The position numbers and the translations under genes were made by a program. Positions 15,924 to 23,676 of a stretch of DNA of 39,464 bases are shown one piece after another. Under the pieces are notes generated by a model, which was given only the letters and a program-made list of their open reading frames with translations, made no database searches and was not told the origin of the DNA. Positions within the stretch are counted from its first letter, which is position 1; each line of letters starts with the position of its first letter. Source of the stretch: Vicinamibacterales bacterium (GTDB lineage Bacteria > Acidobacteriota > Vicinamibacteria > Vicinamibacterales > CAVVIG01); the NCBI GenBank assembly GCA_046596625.1, contig JBKJMH010000153.1, positions 1-39,464 on the forward strand, given 5' to 3'.

Positions 15924-17983
15924 TGCGTGCGTGCGCTCGGCGCCTGATGCGCGGCGACCCGCGCGAGAGTGAGGCGGCAGACCGTACCTTCGCCAACCGG
16001 CGTGCCGGGCTGCGGGTCCTGGTCAGTGACGAAGCCGTCGCCGTCGATCCGGGCGTTCAGCCCGAATTGCATCAGTTTCCGCATCGCGGCTCGGGCGCTC
16101 AGACCACGCACGTCTGGCACCGTCCCGGGCTCCTCCGGTTCGACCGGCAGCACACGCTCCGGCACGATCGCGTGAGCCGGCTGTCCCCGGGGGATGTCAT
16201 TGCTCGCGACCAGCACTGGCGTCTCCGGATTGATCGACGGCGACACGCGAAGGTGACGCATCGCTTCTTCGGCAATGCTGCGGAAGATCGGCGCTGACAC
16301 CGGGCCCCCGAAGTGACCGTTCGGACCGCGCGGCGAGTCGAGAACCACCAGGATCGTCACCTGCGGGTCGTTCGACGGGATGAAGCCGACAAACGACGCG
16401 TAGGTGTCGCTAGAATAGCGTCCGTTTGCCAGCTTGTTCGCGGTGCCCGTCTTGCCGGCAATCGTGTAGCCGGGGATCTTCGCGATCGTGCCGGTGCCGC
16501 GCTCGACGACCTGCTCCATGATTGACGTCATGGAGGCAGCGGTGTCCTTGCTCACCGTCTCGCGCAGCACCTTGGGCCGGACCACAATCCGGCGGCCGTC
16601 GCGATAGACGGCTCGCACCACGCGGGGCTCGATGTACTCGCCGCGATTGGCGACCGAGCTGACCGCCGTCACCATCTGCAGCGGCGTCACGCCAACCTGA
16701 TAGCCCATCGAGATCGACGCCAGCGCGCTCTCGCTCAGCCTCGAGCGGTCCCACACGATGCCCGGACTCTCGGACGGGAAGTCGGGCGACACCGGACGGC
16801 CGAAACCGAACTTCGCGATGTAGTCGCTGAAGCGGTCGGTGCCGAGCTTGAAGCCGATGCGGATGGCGCCGACGTTGCTCGACTTCACGATCACGTCGGT
16901 GAACGACAGCACCCCGTAGTCGTGGGTGTCGCGGATGACGCGGGACCCGATGTTCACGCGGCCGCCGCCGACGTCGATCATCGCATCGAGCGGCATCAGC
17001 CGTTCCTGGATGGCCGCAGACGCGGTCACGACCTTGAAGGTGGAGCCGGGCTCGTAGATGTCCTGGACGCCGCGATTGCGGCGCGCGCGTTCGTCGGCGG
17101 CGCGGTAGTCGTTCGGGTCGAACGTCGGCTCGTTGGCCAGCGCCAGGATCTCGCCGGTCCTGGGGTCCATGACGATCGCCGTGCCGCCGAGGGCGCGGTT
17201 CTCCAGCACGCCCTTGCGCAGTTCGCGCTCGGCGACATGCTGGAGGAACTCGTCAATCGTCAGTTCGATGGTGGCGCCTGCCGTCGGCGGCTTCTCGAAG
17301 CGGCTGAAGGCGTGGCGACGTGCATCGGTCTGCACGAGCACCTGGCCGTCTTTGCCGCGAATGAGCGAGTCATAAGCAGACTCGAGGCCGTTCAGTCCCT
17401 TACTGTCGATGCCGACGAATCCGAGGATATGAGCCGCCAGTTCCTTCTTCGGGTATTCGCGATGACTTTCCTTGATGAAGCCGATGCCGTCGAGCTCGAG
17501 CGCCATTACCTTCGCGGCAACGTCCTGCGACACCTGCCGACGAACGTACGCGAAATGACGCTGCTTATGCAGACGTTCGAGCAGTTCCTTGCTCTCCCGT
17601 GCTGTGCAGTCGCCGAAGGCCGTGCACAGGAGGCGCACCGTTGCGGCTTCGTCGGCGATCGCCGACGGCACGGCATAGATGGTGTCGGCGTCCACGCTGG
17701 TCGCCAGCACGTGGCCGCGGCGATCGACGATGTCACCGCGACGAGCGGCGAGCGTGCGCGTCTGCATCTGTTGCCGTTCGGCGCGCTGCACCAGTTCTCG
17801 GTGCTCCACCACCTGCAGCATCACGAGGCGGCCTTCGATTGCGAGGGCCCACACGGCGAAGACGCTCGACGCGAAGGCAAGGCGCCGCCTGAGCGTCGCC
17901 CGCCAGTCGGGCAACGGCTCCCCGACTGCGGCATTCCGCCGGTTAGCCGGCCGCCATGCGACACGTCTGAGTCGATCGATCAC
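15920..17983 (-). CDS. ftsI: class B penicillin-binding protein FtsI with a C-terminal PASTA domain
   Basis: N-terminal TM, transpeptidase motifs STFK (PGSTFKV), SSN (KSSNVG) and KTG (GKTGTA). The last ~65 residues, VPDVRGLSARAAMRKLMQFGLNARIDGDGFVTDQDPQPGTPVGEGTVCRLTL, fit the PASTA pattern. GTG start overlaps the ftsL stop. Confidence 0.93.
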   Translation of the reverse strand: MIDRLRRVAWRPANRRNAAVGEPLPDWRATLRRRLAFASSVFAVWALAIEGRLVMLQVVEHRELVQRAERQQMQTRTLAARRGDIVDRRGHVLATSVDADTIYAVPSAIADEAATVRLLCTAFGDCTARESKELLERLHKQRHFAYVRRQVSQDVAAKVMALELDGIGFIKESHREYPKKELAAHILGFVGIDSKGLNGLESAYDSLIRGKDGQVLVQTDARRHAFSRFEKPPTAGATIELTIDEFLQHVAERELRKGVLENRALGGTAIVMDPRTGEILALANEPTFDPNDYRAADERARRNRGVQDIYEPGSTFKVVTASAAIQERLMPLDAMIDVGGGRVNIGSRVIRDTHDYGVLSFTDVIVKSSNVGAIRIGFKLGTDRFSDYIAKFGFGRPVSPDFPSESPGIVWDRSRLSESALASISMGYQVGVTPLQMVTAVSSVANRGEYIEPRVVRAVYRDGRRIVVRPKVLRETVSKDTAASMTSIMEQVVERGTGTIAKIPGYTIAGKTGTANKLANGRYSSDTYASFVGFIPSNDPQVTILVVLDSPRGPNGHFGGPVSAPIFRSIAEEAMRHLRVSPSINPETPVLVASNDIPRGQPAHAIVPERVLPVEPEEPGTVPDVRGLSARAAMRKLMQFGLNARIDGDGFVTDQDPQPGTPVGEGTVCRLTLARVAAHQAPSARTQ

Positions 17984-18369
17984 CGGCGTGCAACCACAGA
18001 CTTGGCCGGCGGTTCCGCCGACATGACACGTTCGATGACGACGGCGTCTTCACGGGACGGGGTCACCAGGCTCTGTTTGCGCGCCAGCGCTTCGATGCGC
18101 GCCGGCGCACGCAGCGTTTCGATGTCGAGCTTCAAGTGGCGGCCCGCATCCTCTTCGGTCGCCCGCTCGCGCTGCACTTCTTCGAGCCGGTAGCCGTGGC
18201 GCACGATCTCGAAATGCTGCCAGGTCCAGAACATGACGGCGAGCACGAGCAGGGCCCACAACCCGGCAGTCTTCCACATCTCGGTCTGACGCTCGGCGTC
18301 GACCTCGCGGACGATTGGGTTGTTGCGGACATCCTTGCGAACGGCGTACTCGAAGGCTTCAGCCATCAC
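17980..18369 (-). CDS. ftsL: cell division protein FtsL-like (small bitopic coiled-coil protein)
   Basis: 129 aa with a single TM (LWALLVLAVMFWTW) followed by a charged helical segment. Canonical position between rsmH and ftsI. Start is GTG 18369 or ATG 18366, overlapping the rsmH stop. Confidence 0.78.
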   Translation of the reverse strand: MMAEAFEYAVRKDVRNNPIVREVDAERQTEMWKTAGLWALLVLAVMFWTWQHFEIVRHGYRLEEVQRERATEEDAGRHLKLDIETLRAPARIEALARKQSLVTPSREDAVVIERVMSAEPPAKSVVARR

Positions 18370-19247
18370 GCCACTCCTTCGAGCGCGCGGAGCTTGGCAC
18401 TCCGGGCGCGAGGGTTCTGCTGCAGTTCACCGTCGCCGGCGGTTACCGGCCTCTTCGTTACGACCAGTCCGAGACCACCCTGGTGCAGGCCGCGGAAGGT
18501 GTGCTTGACGATGCGGTCTTCGAGCGAATGGAAGCTGATGAGCACGAGGCGCGCGCCCTCGTGCAGGCGGCCGGCCAGCGTCACGAGGAACTCGTCTAGC
18601 CCCTCGAGTTCACGGTTCACCCAGATGCGCAGCGCCTGGAAAGTGCGCGTGGCCGGATCGATGCGCTGGTAGCCACGCACCGGCACGGCACGCCTCACGA
18701 GCGCCGCGAGCCGGCCAGTGGTCGTGATCGGCTCGAGGTAGCGGGCATCGACGATCAACCGTGCAATGCGCCGCGAGAAGCGCTCCTCGCCGTACTGGAA
18801 GATCGCGTCGGCGATCTCGCGCTCGGACGCAGAGGCGAGCAGGTCGGCCGCGGTCTCGCCCGATGAGCGGTCCATGCGCATGTCGAGCGGCTCGTCACGC
18901 TGGAAGCTGAAGCCGCGTCCGTCGAGATCGAGTTGCATCGACGAGACGCCGAGATCCGCAAGCGCACCATCGACAGACGCGATGCCGCGCTGATCGAGTT
19001 CCTGTGCGACGCTGCGATAGTCGGCGTGAATCAGCTCGACACGGTGGCCCCACGGCGCCAGCGTCTCGCGGGCGATGGCCAGCGCATCGGCATCGCGATC
19101 GAAACCGATAAGGCGCGATGCCCCCGCTTCGAGCAGCGCGCGTGAGTGTCCGCCGAGACCGACGGTGCAGTCGACGTACAGCCCGCCGCGTTCCGGCCGC
19201 AGGTGCTGCAGCACTTCCGCCGTGAGGACGGGAACGTGGAGGCTCAA
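18366..19247 (-). CDS. rsmH: 16S rRNA (cytosine1402-N4)-methyltransferase
   Basis: HVPVL N-terminus, DCTVGLGGHS SAM motif, DLGVSSMQLD, SFHSLEDRIVK. TTG start overlaps the mraZ stop (TTGA). Confidence 0.93.
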   Translation of the reverse strand: MSLHVPVLTAEVLQHLRPERGGLYVDCTVGLGGHSRALLEAGASRLIGFDRDADALAIARETLAPWGHRVELIHADYRSVAQELDQRGIASVDGALADLGVSSMQLDLDGRGFSFQRDEPLDMRMDRSSGETAADLLASASEREIADAIFQYGEERFSRRIARLIVDARYLEPITTTGRLAALVRRAVPVRGYQRIDPATRTFQALRIWVNRELEGLDEFLVTLAGRLHEGARLVLISFHSLEDRIVKHTFRGLHQGGLGLVVTKRPVTAGDGELQQNPRARSAKLRALEGVA

Positions 19248-19684
19248 ATGCCGAACTCCGACAGCGCGCGTGCGTCGTCGTCGGTGAACGGCTCGCGCTG
19301 CAGTTTCGACAGGAAGCGATCGTGATTCCAGACGTCGAGATAGCTGAACTGGCCGAGCACGTCGACGTCGCCGATCATCGTGGCGGCATCGCGGAGGCGC
19401 ACGGGAACCAGCACGCGCCCCTGCGTGTCGAGTTCGCCGACGGAACCGAAGTAGTTGACGCGGTCGAGGAAACGGAGCTTGGACGGGTTGGTGGAGGGAA
19501 CGTCACTGAGTTTCTGCTCGAGTTCGAGCCAGACAGGCATCGGGTAGATCCGTACGTACTCCCCCGTCAGGCTCGTGAGGAACAACTCGCGGCCGTACTT
19601 GCTCTCCAGCAACGACTTGAAGGCCGTAGGAACCTTCAGCCGTCCCTTGTCGTCGATGCGTGCCGGGGCGTTCCCTCTAAACAC
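19244..19684 (-). CDS. mraZ: transcriptional regulator MraZ
   Basis: Duplicated SpoVT/AbrB-like halves with DDKGRLKVP and DTQGRVLVP motifs. GTG start. First gene of the dcw operon. Confidence 0.93.
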   Translation of the reverse strand: MFRGNAPARIDDKGRLKVPTAFKSLLESKYGRELFLTSLTGEYVRIYPMPVWLELEQKLSDVPSTNPSKLRFLDRVNYFGSVGELDTQGRVLVPVRLRDAATMIGDVDVLGQFSYLDVWNHDRFLSKLQREPFTDDDARALSEFGI

Positions 19685-19694
19685 GCGACACTAC

Positions 19695-19719
19695 TCCACT
19701 TCTGACCACAATTTTCCAC
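19695..19719 (-). promoter_or_regulatory. three direct GTGG(A) repeats at exact 10-bp phasing: putative MraZ operator
   Basis: The minus strand reads GTGGAaaattGTGGtcagaaGTGGAgtagtgtcgcGTG(start). The CCAC cores on the plus strand begin at 19696, 19706 and 19716. The repeats lie between the -10 box and the mraZ start, and the last repeat overlaps the GGAG SD. Confidence 0.68.
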
Positions 19720-19723
19720 GTCG

Positions 19724-19752
19724 ATAGTAGGAGAGGGTCCCGGGCCTGTCAA
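19724..19752 (-). promoter_or_regulatory. sigma70-type promoter of the dcw operon (TTGACA-17 nt-TACTAT)
   Basis: On the minus strand there is a perfect -35 TTGACA (19752-19747), a 17-nt spacer, and a -10 TACTAT (19729-19724), about 40 nt upstream of the mraZ GTG. Confidence 0.7.
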
Positions 19753-19956
19753 CCGCAAAAGGCAATCCTTCAGTAACTTACGCCGTAGCTTCACTGCCCT
19801 TTGCGTATCGGGCGTACGCCCATAGACGCGCCTAGTTGGGGTGATGCCGAAGATTGCCGGAAGGAGGTTTGAGGATCGACGGGCGGCCGACGCGGCAAAT
19901 CCTGCGACAGAACCCGGCTCCGGTCGCGAGATGCGGTACGATTCCGGGTTTGCCGC

Positions 19957-20823
19957 ATGGCTGAACTCGCCGAGCTCACATCCGTTATCGTCCCGGCCTA
20001 CAACGAGGCGCACTCCGTCGCAACCCTGGTCGACTCGCTCCGGCGACAGGCGCGCTGGCTCGAGATCATCGTGGTCGACGATGGGTCGACGGACGGGACG
20101 GGCGACTTTGCGGCCGGCGCCGGAGCCCGGGTGCTGCGTCACCCGTACAACAAGGGCAATGGAGCGGCCGTGAAGACGGGCCTGCGCAACGCTGCGGGCA
20201 CCTACATCCTCATCGTCGACGCCGACGGCCAGCACCAACCGCACGACACGCTACGCCTGGTGGGCCAGCTCGATCGCTATGAACTGGTCGTCGGAGCGCG
20301 CTCGGCTGACTCACAGGCGTCGTGGTCGCGGCGCATCGGCAATCACTGGTTGAACCGCACGGCGAGCTACCTGACGGGACACCCCATTCCAGACCTGACC
20401 TCCGGCTTCCGCGCTGCGCACCGCGACTGCATGCTGGAGTTCATCCACCTGTTCCCGAATGGATTTTCCACGCCAACAACGTCTACCATGTCCTTTATCC
20501 GCGCCGGTTACAGCGTGCGGTTCGAGCCGATCGTCGCCGCGCAGCGGCTCGGCACATCGAAGATTCGCCTCGGTTCAGACGGTGCCCGTTTCGTGCTGAT
20601 CCTGCTGAAGGTCATGACGATCTTCAGCCCGCTCCGCCTCTTCGTACCGGTCAGCGGCGTGCTGTTCGCGCTCGGCGCCGCCTATGCGGCGTGGACGATT
20701 GCCACGCAGTCGCACGTCACCAATTCATCCGTGCTGTTGATTCTGTCGAGCATCGTGATTCTCCTGATTGGCCTCGTGTCGGAACAGATCGCGTCCCTGC
20801 GGTCAGAGGGCCGGCGTTCGTGA
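19957..20823 (+). CDS. family 2 glycosyltransferase, polyprenyl-phosphate sugar transferase type (GtrB/ArnC-like, two C-terminal TM helices)
   Basis: VIVPAYNEA, IIVVDDGSTDGT, PYNKGNGAAVKTG, VDADGQH (DxD region), plus two hydrophobic C-terminal helices (FVLILLKVMTIF..., SSVLLILSSIVILLIGLV). Confidence 0.9.
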   Translation: MAELAELTSVIVPAYNEAHSVATLVDSLRRQARWLEIIVVDDGSTDGTGDFAAGAGARVLRHPYNKGNGAAVKTGLRNAAGTYILIVDADGQHQPHDTLRLVGQLDRYELVVGARSADSQASWSRRIGNHWLNRTASYLTGHPIPDLTSGFRAAHRDCMLEFIHLFPNGFSTPTTSTMSFIRAGYSVRFEPIVAAQRLGTSKIRLGSDGARFVLILLKVMTIFSPLRLFVPVSGVLFALGAAYAAWTIATQSHVTNSSVLLILSSIVILLIGLVSEQIASLRSEGRRS

Positions 20824-21557
20824 GCCTCTCCGCACTGGTCATCATCCCGACCTACAACGAGCGGGCGAACATCCCTGTGCTGCTCGCCGGCCTCATGCAG
20901 CACGAGCACGTGCGTGTGCTGGTCGTGGACGACAACTCTCCGGACGGCACCGGCGCGCTCGCCGAGGCGCTCGGACGCGAGTACGACGGCCGCGTCTCGG
21001 TGCTGCACCGGACGACGAATCGTGGCTTCGGACGCTCGTACATCGACGGCATGAAGCGGGCGCTCGGCGAGGAGGTCGATGTCATCTGCCAGATGGACGC
21101 CGACCTGTCGCACGACCCGGCGCAACTGCCGGACCTTATCGCCGCCATTGGCCCGGCCGACATGGTGATCGGCTCGCGCTACGTGCCGGGCGGCACCATC
21201 GTGAACTGGCCGTTCAAGCGTCACGTCCTCAGCCGCTTCGCCAACACCTACATCCGCACGGTCACCCGCGTCAGCGCGCACGACTGCACCTCGGGTTATC
21301 GCTGCTGGAAGAAGGCGGCGCTGGCCTCGCTGCCGCTCGACGCCTTCTTCTCGGACGGCTACTCGTTCCTGGTGGAGATGCTCTTCGTCGCGCATCGCCG
21401 CGGCTGCCGCATCGCCGAGGTGCCGATTACGTTCGTCGAGCGCCGCGAAGGCGAGTCGAAGGTGTCGCGCGCCGTGCTGCTCGAATCGGCAGTCACGCCG
21501 TGGCGGCTCATCTCCAATCCTGAATCGAGCCGCAAGGCTCCGCCGCGCACACCGTGA
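20820..21557 (+). CDS. polyprenol-phosphate mannosyl/glycosyl transferase-like GT2 (Ppm1/DPM1-like, soluble)
   Basis: VIIPTYNERANI, VLVVDDNSPDGT, NRGFGRSYIDG, QMDADLSHDP, VIGSRY, and the ITFVERREGESK motif typical of DPM-synthase-like enzymes. GTG at 20820 overlaps the upstream stop (GTGA); the upstream part of the 411-aa ORF overlaps the previous gene out of frame. Confidence 0.9.
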   Translation: MSLSALVIIPTYNERANIPVLLAGLMQHEHVRVLVVDDNSPDGTGALAEALGREYDGRVSVLHRTTNRGFGRSYIDGMKRALGEEVDVICQMDADLSHDPAQLPDLIAAIGPADMVIGSRYVPGGTIVNWPFKRHVLSRFANTYIRTVTRVSAHDCTSGYRCWKKAALASLPLDAFFSDGYSFLVEMLFVAHRRGCRIAEVPITFVERREGESKVSRAVLLESAVTPWRLISNPESSRKAPPRTP

Positions 21558-22579
21558 CCGCCGACTACCGCCACTTCTACCGCGGGCGCCGGGTCATGGT
21601 CACCGGCGGCCTCGGTTTCATCGGCAGCAACCTCGCACGACAGCTCGTCGAGCTCGGCGCCGACGTGCTGCTGGTCGACTCGCTGCTGCCCGACTACGGC
21701 GGCAACCGCTTCAACATCGCGCCGTTCGCCAGCCAGGTGCGGGTCGAGACGACCGACCTCCGCAACCGCGAGGCGATGACGCTCCTGGTACAGTCCCGGG
21801 AGGTCATCTTCAATCTCGCCGGCCAGGTCAGTCACATCGACAGCATGCGCGACCCGTATGCGGACCTCGAGATCAACTGCCTCAGTCACCTCACGCTGCT
21901 CGAGGCCTGCCGCCATCACAACCCGGCGGCGAAGGTGGTCTACGCCGGCACGCGTCAGATCTACGGCCGGCCCGACTCGCTCCCGGTGACCGAGTCGCAC
22001 CTGGTGCGGCCGACCGACGTAAACGGCATCAACAAGGCGGCGGGCGAGCAGTATCACGTCGTCTACAACAACGTTTTCGGCATCCGGGCCTGCTCGCTGC
22101 GCCTGACGAACGTCTACGGGCCGCGACAGCTGATCCGGCACAACCGTCAAGGCTTCATCGGCTGGTTCATCCGGCTGGCGCTCGAAGGACGCACCATCCA
22201 GATCTACGGCGACGGCGGGCAACTCCGCGACTTCGTCCATGTGGACGATGCGGCGGATGCGTTCCTGCGCGCCGGAGCCGACGATCGCTGCAACGGCGAG
22301 GTCTTCAACGTCGGCGGCACCGCGCCGATCAGCCACCGCGACCTGACATCGATGCTGCTCGAGGTCGCCGGCTCGGGCCGCGTCGAGTGCATCGAGTGGC
22401 CGCAGGAGAAGAAGGCCATCGACATCGGCAGCTTTTTCGCAGATTCGTCGAAGTTCACCAGCACCACCGGATGGTCGCCTCGTATCGCCCTGCGCGATGG
22501 ACTGGCCTCCACCCTCGCCTTCTATCGCGAGCACTTTGCTCACTACGTCGACGCCGGAATGCCGCAGGAGCAGGTGTGA
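21554..22579 (+). CDS. extended SDR (NAD-dependent epimerase/dehydratase family) with Asn in place of the catalytic Tyr
   Basis: VMVTGGLGFIGSNL Rossmann motif and AGTRQIYG (Ser/Thr position). PTDVNGINKAAGEQY aligns to the usual P..PYG.SKxxxE, giving NxxxK instead of YxxxK. GTG start overlaps the upstream stop. Confidence 0.9.
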   Translation: MTADYRHFYRGRRVMVTGGLGFIGSNLARQLVELGADVLLVDSLLPDYGGNRFNIAPFASQVRVETTDLRNREAMTLLVQSREVIFNLAGQVSHIDSMRDPYADLEINCLSHLTLLEACRHHNPAAKVVYAGTRQIYGRPDSLPVTESHLVRPTDVNGINKAAGEQYHVVYNNVFGIRACSLRLTNVYGPRQLIRHNRQGFIGWFIRLALEGRTIQIYGDGGQLRDFVHVDDAADAFLRAGADDRCNGEVFNVGGTAPISHRDLTSMLLEVAGSGRVECIEWPQEKKAIDIGSFFADSSKFTSTTGWSPRIALRDGLASTLAFYREHFAHYVDAGMPQEQV

Positions 22580-23673
22580 GCCGTTTCCGCATTCCCTTCG
22601 GGTCGCCGGCGCCGCGCGAGGACGCCGCCCCCATCCGCACGGCGATCGAGCGGGTCGTCAGCAGCGGCTGGTATGTGCTCGGCCCGGAAGTCGCCGCGTT
22701 CGAGGCCGAGTTCGCAGCCGCCGCAGGTGCGGCGCATGCAGTCGGCGTCGGCACCGGAACGGATGCCATCGCGCTGATCCTCAAGGGGCTTGGCATCGGC
22801 CCCGGTGACGAGGTGATCACCACCCCGCTTTCCGCCGCCTACACGGCGCTCGCCGTGATGATGGTCGGCGCACGTCCCGTTTTCGCCGACATCGATCCGG
22901 AGCGTCACACGCTCGACGCGGCGGCCGTGGCCGGCGCCATCACGCCGCGCACGCGCGCGTTACTGCCGGTGCATCTCTACGGGCAGGCCGCCGATATGGA
23001 CGCGCTGATGCCGCTGGCGGCGGCGCACCACCTCGCCGTCGTGGAAGACGCCTGCCAGGCACATCTCGCGACGGCGTCCGGACGGCCGGTCGGCACCATT
23101 GGCGTAGCGGGCGCCTTCAGCTTCTACCCGACGAAGAACCTCGGCGCGCTCGGCGACGGCGGCGCCATCGTCACCAACGACGAGGCGTTCGCGGCAAAGC
23201 TGCGTCGACTGCGCAACGGCGGCCACACCAATCGCTACCATCATCTCGAAGCCGGCATGAACTCGCGGCTCGATGAGATGCAGGCAGCGATCCTCAGGGC
23301 GCGCCTGTCGTACCTGCCGGCGTGGACGACGACCAGGCGCTCGCACGCGGCGCAGTACCGCGCCGGGCTCGGCGGCGCCGCCGTCGGCGTCCCGCGCGAA
23401 TTCGACGCGGGTCACGTCTATCACCTGTTCGTCATCCGCACGCGCCAGCGCCCGGCGCTGCAGGCGCACCTGGCGAACAGCGGCATCGAAACGCTCGTCC
23501 ACTATCCCGTGCCGATTCCGCGACAACCGGCGCTCGCCGACCAGCAACCAGCAGACTGCCCGGAAAGCAATCGCGCCTGCGACGAAGTCGTGTCGCTGCC
23601 GATGCACCCCGGGCTCTCCGCGGCCGACGTCCAGGACGTGTGCGCCGCGGTGTGTGCATTTCACGAGGAGTAA
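22576..23673 (+). CDS. DegT/DnrJ/EryC1/StrS (ArnB-like) PLP-dependent sugar aminotransferase
   Basis: SGWYVLGPEVAAFEAEFA, GTDAIALILKGLGIGPGDEVITT, and FSFYPTKNLGALGDGGAIVTND (PLP lysine context). GTG at 22576 overlaps the upstream stop. Confidence 0.92.
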   Translation: MSRFRIPFGSPAPREDAAPIRTAIERVVSSGWYVLGPEVAAFEAEFAAAAGAAHAVGVGTGTDAIALILKGLGIGPGDEVITTPLSAAYTALAVMMVGARPVFADIDPERHTLDAAAVAGAITPRTRALLPVHLYGQAADMDALMPLAAAHHLAVVEDACQAHLATASGRPVGTIGVAGAFSFYPTKNLGALGDGGAIVTNDEAFAAKLRRLRNGGHTNRYHHLEAGMNSRLDEMQAAILRARLSYLPAWTTTRRSHAAQYRAGLGGAAVGVPREFDAGHVYHLFVIRTRQRPALQAHLANSGIETLVHYPVPIPRQPALADQQPADCPESNRACDEVVSLPMHPGLSAADVQDVCAAVCAFHEE

Positions 23674-23676
23674 CGC

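Noticed and set aside
20322-20819. N-terminal 166 codons of the 411-aa ORF that contains the Ppm1-like GT2
   Set aside because: This part overlaps the well-supported GtrB-like GT2 gene in a different frame. GT2 homology (VIIPTYNE...) starts right after GTG 20820, which forms a GTGA overlap with the upstream stop.
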